Positions 29,519-38,319 of a stretch of 64,000 nucleotides of DNA are shown piece after piece. The translations under genes were made by a program, and so were the position numbers. Each line of letters begins with the position of its first letter. The stretch's first letter is position 1. The notes beneath the pieces are model-generated. The model did not search any database, was not told where the DNA came from, and worked only from the letters and a program-made list of their open reading frames with translations. Source of the stretch: Candidatus Latescibacterota bacterium (GTDB taxonomy: Bacteria; Latescibacterota; UBA2968; UBA8231); NCBI GenBank assembly GCA_965200315.1, contig OZ241362.1, positions 5,248,001 to 5,312,000 of the forward strand, read 5' to 3'.

Positions 29519-29698
29519 TTATTGCACAGGTTCGAGCTCGAGGAGAACCAGCAGCCAAGTACGCGCCCAATAGGCGCTGTTGATATAAGGCGTCTTCGCG
29601 GTGGGCCAGTTCTGCCAGTAGGTCTCGTTGTGGGGGATTCTGTGGTACCACTGGAGTATCGGAATGGAGGGTAGCTCGCGCAGCCAGATTTTTGACAT
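29519..29698 (-). pseudogene. C-terminal remnant of a family-5 ABC transporter substrate-binding protein
   Basis: Manual translation: IWLRELPSIPILQWYHRIPHNETYWQNWPTAKTPYINSAYWARTWLLVLLELEPVQ*. Confidence 0.6.
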
Positions 29699-29718
29699 GC
29701 ACTATGCTATTAAATAGC

Positions 29719-29748
29719 TTGAACGGGCAAAAGGGCGTATGGTATAAC
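29719..29748 (+). promoter_or_regulatory. sigma70 promoter with extended -10, driving the envelope operon
   Basis: TTGAAC, 18-nt spacer, TGgTATAAC; AAAGGAGG RBS before ATG 29835. Confidence 0.55.
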
Positions 29749-29834
29749 CCTTCAAAAAGGAGGTTTTAGTAGTGAACAGAACGAGCATATCTGACCAACA
29801 AAACAGCCCATTTAATCCTAAAAGGAGGCTAACC

Positions 29835-30743
29835 ATGAGAATCTGTGCTGTTTTTGGCGTTTTGCTGTTGGCTACGAGCATGTGCTTTGCGCACAGCAAC
29901 GCCAATGGTTTCGGGTATTTCGCTTTGGAATGGCCCGCGGATGTGACGTACGTCGCCGATGGTGAGGATGGAGATTGGGCGTGGTACGATCCCAATTTCA
30001 TCGTCACTCCCGACGAAATGGGCGAGGTCGTACAGCAGGTGATTCCAGATAAGAGCGATATTGATGTTTCCATCAGGACCGCTTGGACGCAGGCACCCGA
30101 CAACCGCATCTTTGGCTTTGTGCGGGTGACGGACGATTCGCTGCACGCGGCCGAAACAGATCCGGAAAACGGATGGTATGAGGACGACCTCGAAATCATT
30201 ACCGACGGCGACCACAGTGGTGGCCCGTACCGCGATCCGAACCAAGTAAACGCTCAGCAGTGGACCATGCACGTGCAGGTTCCCGGCGGGTATTCGACGC
30301 CCTACGGCAACGGCACGACTTGGCTACGCAAAGACGCCGATCCAGCCAAGCAGTGGGCCACAGCCTATATTGAGGCCGATGTCAGTCTCAGTCCTCCTGG
30401 TGCTACGCACGGATCGACCAATGTCACCTTAGGCTATGAGTTCGCCATGCCGCTGTGGGTCAGCTTGGAAAACGACGAGGCCTCTACCGAACGCGTGGTC
30501 CTGCAACCGGGAATGACCGTTGGTCTCACCTATCAGCTCAACGAGGCCGATACGACACCTGCGGAAGGTGCCGCCCGGACGCATCAGCTTGTCACTGGGG
30601 ATGTCAACGGGGCGCATAGAGATCAGGATTTCGCCTCTGACTTTACCCTACTTACCGTAGATGAGTACACCCGGGGCAGCGATGCTGGCACTGCGGTCGA
30701 AGGCAGTACTTGGGGAAAAATTAAGGCTACTTTCGACGAGTAA
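29835..30743 (+). CDS. Secreted protein with CBM9/DOMON-like fold and C-terminal TAVEGSTWGKIK motif
   Basis: Signal peptide; ADGEDGDW, VRVTDD, WYEDDLEIITDGD, YEFAMP; tail TAVEGSTWGKIKATF. Confidence 0.7.
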   Translation: MRICAVFGVLLLATSMCFAHSNANGFGYFALEWPADVTYVADGEDGDWAWYDPNFIVTPDEMGEVVQQVIPDKSDIDVSIRTAWTQAPDNRIFGFVRVTDDSLHAAETDPENGWYEDDLEIITDGDHSGGPYRDPNQVNAQQWTMHVQVPGGYSTPYGNGTTWLRKDADPAKQWATAYIEADVSLSPPGATHGSTNVTLGYEFAMPLWVSLENDEASTERVVLQPGMTVGLTYQLNEADTTPAEGAARTHQLVTGDVNGAHRDQDFASDFTLLTVDEYTRGSDAGTAVEGSTWGKIKATFDE

Positions 30744-30765
30744 AATTTCTCCATTTTATTTTGCC

Positions 30766-30803
30766 GCGGGGGAGGAGAGGTGTGCATATCTTTCCTCCCC
30801 CGC
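30766..30803 (+). terminator. Strong intergenic stem-loop (mRNA stabiliser or partial terminator)
   Basis: GCGGGGGAGGAGAGGTG-TGCA-TATCTTTCCTCCCCCGC; 17-bp stem including G:U pairs. Confidence 0.7.
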
Positions 30804-30841
30804 TTGCGCGTTTTGTAGGATACTGGGGGGAGCGCTTTGCC

Positions 30842-31561
30842 ATGAGTTCATATTTGGGTGCCTTGGTGTTGCTGGTCGGTTGTGGTCGCTACTTCCCAGG
30901 ACCGATCGAACCCGCACCCGAAAATAGCCAGCAAGCCTATGCCTCGGTTGAGGACGACGGGACCATTATCGCGGTTTTTAACCGTCTCGAAATTTCCCTG
31001 CGTCCCATGACGGACGAAGAACTGAACCGTCAATTCGCCGACTACTCTGTGGCGGGTGCCAATTCCAAAAATCCATATACCTTTGGCAACTGGAAGCCGC
31101 TGGGCGATACCTATACGCCACCCAAGTACACTGTCTTTTCGGTTCAGGTAAAAAACTACGAGTATCCCAAGGTGCATCTGGACCCCACCCGCATAACCCT
31201 CGTCTCTCAACAGGCTGGCCGCGAGTATGATCCTCTCAACAGAAGAGATATCCTCGAATTCTATGCTTCTATGATTCTCGGATATGCGGGTAATGCCTAC
31301 AGCGTCTTCCAAGAGCGCAGGGAGATTCTGACCCGCACTATGTATCCAGACGAAGACGTTTTCAGCGGCCAGGAAGTCGAGGGGTATGTGGTGTTTCCCG
31401 CCTTACCTCGCGATATCAATGAGTTTATCGTTCACCTCAGCGACGTGGCGATTCGCTTCGACTTCAGGCAGCAACCTGTCGAGACCATAGATCTGGCCTA
31501 TCGCTTCCAGCGCGAGGTGTTCAGGGGGTATCAGCCTCCGGCAGATTGGGCGCAGGAATGA
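30842..31561 (+). CDS. Hypothetical lipoprotein
   Basis: MSSYLGALVLLVGC lipobox; beta-sandwich-like FSVQVKNY...GQEVEGYVVFP; stop overlaps the next ATG. Confidence 0.75.
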   Translation: MSSYLGALVLLVGCGRYFPGPIEPAPENSQQAYASVEDDGTIIAVFNRLEISLRPMTDEELNRQFADYSVAGANSKNPYTFGNWKPLGDTYTPPKYTVFSVQVKNYEYPKVHLDPTRITLVSQQAGREYDPLNRRDILEFYASMILGYAGNAYSVFQERREILTRTMYPDEDVFSGQEVEGYVVFPALPRDINEFIVHLSDVAIRFDFRQQPVETIDLAYRFQREVFRGYQPPADWAQE

Positions 31562-33462
31562 GACTGCTGGCGAGCAGGCTCACTTTGTGCGGAATATGTT
31601 ATCTGAGCGCGCCGCTTGAAGCACAGGTCGAAAGCTATAAAGTTGGTGAGGATGGGTTTTCTTGGGATTCTCAAGCCGCGGTTGCCGGGGGAGTAGATCT
31701 GCAAGACCCGGCTCTGATCCGGCCCATCGGCTTGGTCGCAACCGACAATATCCTCCGCTCGCTCAACTGGAGCGACTCGCCTACCTTGGACTTTGTCGCC
31801 GAAGGCCGTGCTCACATCTGGGACAACGCCGCGATCGAAGGCTCGGCCGCTGCCTTGGTCGATGGCGATGAGCAGACTTCCTCTGGCGACCGCTTTAAAG
31901 GGCTAGGCACCGATCAGACTGGACGCATCTTTTTTTTGGACTTGGGGGTTTCTTTTCCGGTCAATCGCCTGATCTACTTCCCTAGTCCATCCTTTCCCGA
32001 CGACTTCCCTAGGGCCTTTGAACTTGCCGTAAGCGATGGCCGCGACTATACCCAGCAAGGAGAGCCGCGCTATCAGGTCTTAAAACGCGTTGACTTGCAG
32101 CCCGAGCCGAGGACGATAATCGACTTTCCAGTGCAGCTAATCCGCTTTATCAGACTGCGCATCCTGTCGCCCAATCCGTTTGAAATAGCGGAAATCCAAG
32201 CCTTTGGCACAGGGTTCGTGCCCAAGGGCACTTACAATTCCAAGCTCATTGAATTGCCCACGGCAGCAATTCTCGGCACGCTCTCCATCAAAGCCACCAA
32301 GTTGCGTCGCCAAGAGGACGGCGTCCTGCTGTCGACAGCGGCTGCCGCTGCGTCTATGGACCTGACCCTGCGCAACGGCACTGACGAGACCCCTCTGGTC
32401 CATTTTGAAATCGTCGATCGCGAAACGGGTTCGGAGCAGCCCACGACCGCAGACGCCTATGCCAAGCTGGCGGAAGACTTTCGCGGTTCCATCCTCGACG
32501 ATGCCGAAAACTGGACTTGGAAGAATCCGATCCGCATTGATTCGACCGGGACTTTTACCTATCCCCTCGAACTGCCCGGACCGAGGAAGTATTTTGATTT
32601 CCAGCTCTTTTTTCGCGGCACTTCTACCGATCTCGTTCAGATAGAGAGCTTAGCCATTAGCTACTCTCTGCCGCTGGCCGACCGCGCCGTAGGCGAGGTG
32701 GCTGTTTTAGCAGACCCATTTCCCCCAAGTGGTATAGTCGCGGTGCCAGCCGGTCGCGATACCCTTTTTACCTATGACATCCGGGCGGAATTTGGTAGCG
32801 CCGCGCAGGTTGGGTTCGATGGTTTGCACATTGCGACCCAAACCGAACCGACGTTGCTCAAATTCGAGTTGGGGGAGCCACTCGTCGAGGTAGTGCCCGA
32901 CAGCGTCCATGCGGATGCACAGGGGCTGATGCTGTACTTCCCATCGAATCGGGTCACGCCGAGTAACAACCAGCCGCTGCGCGTTACCTTTCGCACGGCT
33001 ATTCTGGTATATGCCACTGATTTGGTGAGCCACCTAATCGACTCTGGGGGGCGTTTGCCCCAGCCGGTCGCTGCCGGCGATGCTAGTCCGAATGTTGGCA
33101 CCAACACCAATCGGGTCTTTTTCTCCAACGCCGCAGGGGGTGGGATTTTATCCGCGATGCAGGTCGTGCCGGCGGTGTGTACGCCCAATGGGGATGGCGT
33201 CAATGAAGAGAGTCGCATTGTTTTCCAAGTCTTGCGTCTGGTGCAGGAGGTCGATTTTTCCATTGGGATCTACGATTTGGCTGGCCGCCGGGTGCGTCAG
33301 CTATTTTTCGACGCCTTGTCCGCCGGGGCCTATGAGCACACTTGGGATGGCCGCGATGCGACCGGTGAGTTGGTGCCTCCGGGGGCTTATATCGCACGCA
33401 TTGCGGCTGAGACCGAATCAGGGGAAGAGGTATTGGCTAGGACGCTCAGTGTGGTCTATTAA
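31558..33462 (+). CDS. Secreted discoidin-like + FlgD/T9SS-type CTD protein (paralog family, subtype A)
   Basis: Signal peptide; LDLG, EIAEIQAFG, NGTDETP, GFDGL, TPNGDGVNE, WDGRDATGELVPPGAY. Confidence 0.8.
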   Translation: MRLLASRLTLCGICYLSAPLEAQVESYKVGEDGFSWDSQAAVAGGVDLQDPALIRPIGLVATDNILRSLNWSDSPTLDFVAEGRAHIWDNAAIEGSAAALVDGDEQTSSGDRFKGLGTDQTGRIFFLDLGVSFPVNRLIYFPSPSFPDDFPRAFELAVSDGRDYTQQGEPRYQVLKRVDLQPEPRTIIDFPVQLIRFIRLRILSPNPFEIAEIQAFGTGFVPKGTYNSKLIELPTAAILGTLSIKATKLRRQEDGVLLSTAAAAASMDLTLRNGTDETPLVHFEIVDRETGSEQPTTADAYAKLAEDFRGSILDDAENWTWKNPIRIDSTGTFTYPLELPGPRKYFDFQLFFRGTSTDLVQIESLAISYSLPLADRAVGEVAVLADPFPPSGIVAVPAGRDTLFTYDIRAEFGSAAQVGFDGLHIATQTEPTLLKFELGEPLVEVVPDSVHADAQGLMLYFPSNRVTPSNNQPLRVTFRTAILVYATDLVSHLIDSGGRLPQPVAAGDASPNVGTNTNRVFFSNAAGGGILSAMQVVPAVCTPNGDGVNEESRIVFQVLRLVQEVDFSIGIYDLAGRRVRQLFFDALSAGAYEHTWDGRDATGELVPPGAYIARIAAETESGEEVLARTLSVVY

Positions 33463-33507
33463 ATGCAACTCCCCTCACCGGCTAATGTGCCCTGTGTCCG
33501 CCGATGA

Positions 33508-33693
33508 ATATATAGTAACACCTTTCCAAAGGAGCCGCGTTACGCGAGGGATTCTTTGACGTGTGGACTATTGGTCAATCTGACCAACGGCTTAGGTGGA
33601 TTCTCTCCTGCTTGGCAACCGGTATCCTCTTCTGAGACGGCTAAGAGCGTCGAAGCCCAGTCGTGGGGACGGATCAAATCGCCATCCCATTAA
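33508..33693 (+). pseudogene. Remnant of a TolB/PD40-like secreted protein ending in a WGRIK tail
   Basis: Start-less frame ...VNLTNGLGGFSPAWQPVSSSETAKSVEAQSWGRIKSPSH*. Confidence 0.5.
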
Positions 33694-33705
33694 TCGCGTC
33701 TCGTC

Positions 33706-33740
33706 CGTAGGGGCGGTGCAGAGCGCAAGCTGTCCCTACG
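33706..33740. repeat. GTAG-type REP-like palindrome
   Basis: CGTAGGGGCGGT-GCAGAGCGCAA-GCTGTCCCTACG; 12-bp stem. Confidence 0.6.
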
Positions 33741-33987
33741 CACCCTTCTGCAAATCCCACTTTATCGTCCGCAAGCGCAAAATCCAAGAGTAATCGCTAT
33801 CCAAATGCGCGATGCCCGACACTTCGAGCTGTAGCGCAATCGCAACACGGCTGTTTATCCCACACTACACCGCGTCGCCGAACAAAGAGCCATCGTTCAG
33901 AGTGCGGGATGATTTAAGTCGATTGGTCTGCATTTTGCATAGGACATATAGCCGATTATCTTTAACCCGATACCAAAGGATACTCAC

Positions 33988-34497
33988 ATGTCCACACCAC
34001 AACCCTCTGCCGAGCTGACTACCCGCGATGTTTTGCAGCAGATTGACCATCGCCTAAGTCTCATCGAGACGGATGTGCGCGAAAACAGTACCAAACTCGA
34101 GTCTAAGATCGACGATCTTGAAGCCAAGACCGAGTCTAAGATTGACGATCTTAAGGCTGAAATCGACGATCTTAAGGTCAAACTCGAGTCTAAGATTGAC
34201 AATCTTGAAGCCAAGACCGAGTCTAAGATTGACGATCTTGAAGCCAAGACCGAGTCTAAAATTGACGATCTTAAGGTCAAACTCGAGTCTAAGATTGACA
34301 ATCTTGAAGCCAAGACCGAGTCTAAGATTGACAATCTTGAAGCCAAAGTTGAAGGCAAACTCGACGGTCTCGATAACAAAATTGAAATCGCAACACGCGA
34401 AATACGCCGCGACTTCAACGGCAAATTTAACTTGGTTATCGGCTTGGTTATCACCACTTGGCTGTCGATGATGGGTACACTGTTCTTCAAATTGTAA
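33988..34497 (+). CDS. Tail-anchored coiled-coil repeat protein (DUF1640/CCDC90/Bdr-like architecture)
   Basis: 11-aa repeats LEAKTESKIDD / LKVKLESKIDN; C-terminal TM LVIGLVITTWLSMMGTLFF. Confidence 0.8.
   Translation: MSTPQPSAELTTRDVLQQIDHRLSLIETDVRENSTKLESKIDDLEAKTESKIDDLKAEIDDLKVKLESKIDNLEAKTESKIDDLEAKTESKIDDLKVKLESKIDNLEAKTESKIDNLEAKVEGKLDGLDNKIEIATREIRRDFNGKFNLVIGLVITTWLSMMGTLFFKL
34093..34350 (+). repeat. 33-bp coding tandem repeat (about 7 units plus one 21-bp insert)
   Basis: GAGTCTAAGATTGAC(G/A)ATCTT-(GAAGCCAAGACC or AAGGTCAAACTC) units. Confidence 0.9.
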
Positions 34498-34503
34498 ATG
34501 TGC

Positions 34504-36060
34504 TCACGTGCCCTTCTGCACTAACCCCACCTTATCGCTCCACAAGCCCAAAATCCGTGCCGACTCGCGCAACAAATGCACGTATAGGGAACCAGCACGG
34601 CGTCTCTTTTCGAGCCGTTCCCGCTGATTGAGCACCATGTTGAACTTGCCGCGGGCTTGGGTGACGGCCCGTTGGCGGTTGGCGACAGCGACGGTGAGAA
34701 CGCGCTTTTCGAGGGCCTCTTCGGAGTCGGCGTTGAGCGCCCGCAGCGACCAGATCGAGGTGTCGCCCGCAAGGCACTGGTCGGTGTAAGAAAAGACGCA
34801 ATGGCCCATGATGCGGCCCTCGGCTTGGAGCTGCTGCGAGGTGCAGAGCTCGTAGATGGTCCAGACGAGGTTGCACTTGAGCGGCGCGTCGTATTCTTCG
34901 AGACGGAAATCAGCCAAACCCGTAGCCGCCCACGTCTTGAGCGGCACGTCTTCTGCTCCCGACAACGTCTCGTGCCATTGATCCACTTGGTGGAGTAGCT
35001 TGGCGGCGCTGCGGCCTTTCATGCAGAAGTTGGGCTGCGGCGGCGGTCCTGTGATTTGGGTGCTGTCGGGCTGTGTGATCTGCTGTGGCAGGTACTTCTG
35101 GTGACGGATGTAGTCGTAGAGCGGCAGGAAGTAGCTGCGGTGCAGCATGGGGTAGTTGTTGACGTAGAAGTGGACGACCGAAATCCAGAAGTCCTCGTTT
35201 TCCAATGAGTCGCCCAGCGGCGTGGCGGCTACGTACCAAGAGACGTGGGAATCGCCGCCGAGTGCCTCCACTTGGGCCATGCGCAACGCCTGAAGCAGGG
35301 TATGGTGTGGATGGTGCATCTGCATGAAGATATGCGCCATGCGCTTGGTGACCTTCATCGGCACACCTGCGGTACGCAGGTTTTGACCGCCGGCTACGTG
35401 CTTGAACCACTCCTGCTGTTGATAGGCTGCCTCCGTGTGCCCTTGGAGCCAAGCGGTGTCCATGGGCGCGGGGACTGTGTAGTGAGCCAGCAGGTGCCGC
35501 GCCAGCGATTGGAATTGCGGCCGCTCTTTGGCCGTGTCGGGCCGCCACTCCTCCACTGGACGCAGCCAGTCGCGGTGGTGTCGGGCAAGCTGCCCCAAGG
35601 CGGCGATATAGGTGTTGGCATGGTTGGCACCGAGGCGCTTGAGCACGGGCATGGGCCGCAACAAGTGGCCGTATTTTTCGACGTGCAGCACTAACCCCCC
35701 GAGAGCCCTTTGGGCGCTTGGATCGCTGGCCAGCGCACTGCGTTCGACGCGCAGCCGCGAGAGCAGGTCGTTGAGCTTTTCGTCTTCTAGCTCGCCGTTG
35801 AACAGCCGGTTGATCAGAGCGGCGCGGCGCGGGTCGTGCTCTTTGCTAACGGCTGGATCTATTGAGGGCTGCAACGAGGCAAAAAGCGCCCGCTCTGCGG
35901 CTCGCTCTTGTGGCGTCTTGTCCAGCGCTGTGCTCAGGCCGTGCCGGTAGCACCAGAGCTTGTAGGCGGCGATTGTGCCGACGCCGAGTGCGGCAAAGTG
36001 CGCGGCGAGGGCTTCGCCAACTTGGTTGGGGAACAGCAGGGTGTGTGTGGCGTTGGTCAT
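34504..36060 (-). CDS. PcfJ domain-containing protein
   Basis: LARHLLAHY.VP..MD..W, GQNLR, DYI, FCMKGRS, V..WH, EL.T..QL.AEGRIMGHCV.SY...C..G..SIWSL, QARGKFN. Confidence 0.82.
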   Translation of the reverse strand: MTNATHTLLFPNQVGEALAAHFAALGVGTIAAYKLWCYRHGLSTALDKTPQERAAERALFASLQPSIDPAVSKEHDPRRAALINRLFNGELEDEKLNDLLSRLRVERSALASDPSAQRALGGLVLHVEKYGHLLRPMPVLKRLGANHANTYIAALGQLARHHRDWLRPVEEWRPDTAKERPQFQSLARHLLAHYTVPAPMDTAWLQGHTEAAYQQQEWFKHVAGGQNLRTAGVPMKVTKRMAHIFMQMHHPHHTLLQALRMAQVEALGGDSHVSWYVAATPLGDSLENEDFWISVVHFYVNNYPMLHRSYFLPLYDYIRHQKYLPQQITQPDSTQITGPPPQPNFCMKGRSAAKLLHQVDQWHETLSGAEDVPLKTWAATGLADFRLEEYDAPLKCNLVWTIYELCTSQQLQAEGRIMGHCVFSYTDQCLAGDTSIWSLRALNADSEEALEKRVLTVAVANRQRAVTQARGKFNMVLNQRERLEKRRRAGSLYVHLLRESARILGLWSDKVGLVQKGT

Positions 36061-36297
36061 GTCGTATTATCGCTATCTGTGTCGGCTATGAGGCAAATTT
36101 CAATTTTAGGGCAGAAGATCAACAATGCCAAGCGGTTCCTCTCGACCGCGGAGGGTTTATAACGCCGTTGTTCTGCTGTATATTCTGTCGCCTACATCTC
36201 AACATATAAGCCACTCACTTGCTGACTCACTTCGACCAAAGGGCTAGACAAGCAACCCTATCTAACATACGGGGATTGCAACCCAGAGTTTGGACGA

Positions 36298-38304
36298 ATG
36301 AAAATTACTTTTATTGCCGTTGCGGTGGTGTTGTTGAGCGGCATTGAGTCGCTACGGGCCGAGATCCACACCTTGGTCCTCGGACCGGGCGGGGTCCCAT
36401 GGAATGAACTAGGTGAGCGCGTCGTCGGCTTGGAGACAGTTCCGGTCAGTGGTGCCCTACAGCCCCTCGAACTCTTGCCGCAGCAGAATATCATCGCAGG
36501 CCCCCGCACGGACAGCGGTGAATACACCACGATTTTGGGCAGCACTTGGCAGCTAGGGAAGCAACCCAAAAGGGACGATTTTGAACTGGGGGTGACGCCT
36601 CGTTTCTGGACCAGTATTCTGCCTCTCTACCACACGGCACCCTTTCAGGTCATCGACGGAGATCGCGCTACGGTGACCAAGCTGCGCTGGTCTGTAGTGG
36701 GTGGGGGTCGCCGGGAAGATATATACACGTTTGACTTTGCGTTCCCCATTCCCATAAACCGCGTAGTACTCTATCCGCCAGCTACCGGACTGGACGAAGG
36801 CGGAGGCTTGAGAAAGCAGCGCTTCCCCCGGGCCTATGAAATATCGGGTGCCAGAGAACCGGTAGATTTTCTCCTGCTCAGCGAAGAAGACAGGCCTCAC
36901 ACCCTAGAGCAGGTACTGTCCCGCACCTTTGTCAACTCTGACCGCGTTATAGATGTCCGCTTCCCCGCGCAGACTCTGCGTTTTTTGCGCATTGCCTTCA
37001 ATCTGATCGCACAGGTGTACATGCTGAGCGAGATTGAGGTGTACGGCGAGGGTTTTGCGCCGGAGACTAGTTATCGCACAGCGGTTATCGACTTGGGGGC
37101 GCCGGTGAATTTCGGGCGCATTTTTTGGGAGTTTGAAAAGTTCCGCAAAACCTCGAGCGCACTCATTCCGGCCCCGGAGGCGCCGATCCGCTTGGTGTTG
37201 GAAACGCGCACTGGCCGGGACGATACCCCGAAGGCGTACTACATCATCAGCGACATAGGTACGGAACGGCAAGTAGAGGAAGCGGTTTACAATAAGGCGC
37301 TGGAGAAATCGCCCTTTGTCCAGGGCGATCGTCCCGGTGATAAATCGTCGATCAAGCTCGACGAGCAAAACTGGAGTTTCTGGTCAACGCCCTATGACCT
37401 TTCTGGCCAGTTACTCCGCTCGCCGGATGCACGGCGTTATATGCAGCTTCAGTTCAATATGGTAGCCGAGGATTTTCACACTTTCGGTCGTGTGAAATCC
37501 GTGGCGATTGAGTACTCGCCGCTCCTTGTGGAATCCCTCGTTGGCGAGGTAGGTTTGGCTGGGAGAGGAGACCGGGTGCCCGAAGCGCCGGCAGGTCAGG
37601 AGACAACATTTATCTACGCCGTCTCGGCTAGTTTTGGCACCGACGGTCAGCTAGGCTTTGATGCGATTAAACTCAATACTGTAGCTGAGGCTGAGTTCGC
37701 CAAGCTGGAGATTGGACAGCCGCTAGCGGCTGTAGTCCCCGACAGCGTCCGTTTCGCCGATGGGGTTTTAGCCGTGTATTTTCCCTCGCATAAAGTAGTG
37801 CGCGCCGATGGCGAGGAGCATCTGCGGCTGACCTTTCGCACGTCCTTGTTGGATTTTACTACCCACTTCCTCGGCGAGGTGTTGGAATTGACGGGAGAAA
37901 ACCTGCCCCAGTCGATTGAGCCTGGCGACGCGAGTGCGGAGCTCCATAGCGACGACGTCCGAGTCTTCGCCACGGGGACCTCCATAGAAGCGCTGTCCGA
38001 GATTGTGTTGGATTCGCCGTTCCTGACGCCCAACGGCGACCGCATCAACGACGAACTCGACATCGCGTTCACGTTACTCGGCGCGGAAGATACCGCCACT
38101 GAGATCGGAGTCTATACTCTTACAGGCCAGCGGGTCAGGGCCTTGGTACGCGGGAAATTCAACAAGGGTTTTTACACTAATCAATGGGATGGGCGCGACG
38201 ACCAAGGGACGCTGGTCCCTCCCGGCATCTACCTTTTGCACATAAAGGTAGATGCCGACAAGGAAACATCAGAACAATTTCGTTCGGTGTCGGTAGCATA
38301 TTGA
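36298..38304 (+). CDS. Secreted discoidin-like + FlgD/T9SS-type CTD protein (subtype A)
   Basis: Signal peptide; EIEVYGEGF, IDLGAPVNFGRI, TRTGRDDTP, NWSFWSTPY, SPDARRY, TPNGDRINDE, WDGRDDQGTLVPPGIY. Confidence 0.85.
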   Translation: MKITFIAVAVVLLSGIESLRAEIHTLVLGPGGVPWNELGERVVGLETVPVSGALQPLELLPQQNIIAGPRTDSGEYTTILGSTWQLGKQPKRDDFELGVTPRFWTSILPLYHTAPFQVIDGDRATVTKLRWSVVGGGRREDIYTFDFAFPIPINRVVLYPPATGLDEGGGLRKQRFPRAYEISGAREPVDFLLLSEEDRPHTLEQVLSRTFVNSDRVIDVRFPAQTLRFLRIAFNLIAQVYMLSEIEVYGEGFAPETSYRTAVIDLGAPVNFGRIFWEFEKFRKTSSALIPAPEAPIRLVLETRTGRDDTPKAYYIISDIGTERQVEEAVYNKALEKSPFVQGDRPGDKSSIKLDEQNWSFWSTPYDLSGQLLRSPDARRYMQLQFNMVAEDFHTFGRVKSVAIEYSPLLVESLVGEVGLAGRGDRVPEAPAGQETTFIYAVSASFGTDGQLGFDAIKLNTVAEAEFAKLEIGQPLAAVVPDSVRFADGVLAVYFPSHKVVRADGEEHLRLTFRTSLLDFTTHFLGEVLELTGENLPQSIEPGDASAELHSDDVRVFATGTSIEALSEIVLDSPFLTPNGDRINDELDIAFTLLGAEDTATEIGVYTLTGQRVRALVRGKFNKGFYTNQWDGRDDQGTLVPPGIYLLHIKVDADKETSEQFRSVSVAY

Positions 38305-38319
38305 GCATCCGAGGATAGC

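Noticed and set aside
34093-34350. 33-bp repeats as a CRISPR array
   Set aside because: The units are contiguous with no unique spacers, are in frame within a protein, and there are no cas genes.
33984-34490. Antisense 168-aa ORF over the coiled-coil gene
   Set aside because: A mirror ORF produced by the repeat; the plus strand has the coherent coiled-coil plus TM architecture.
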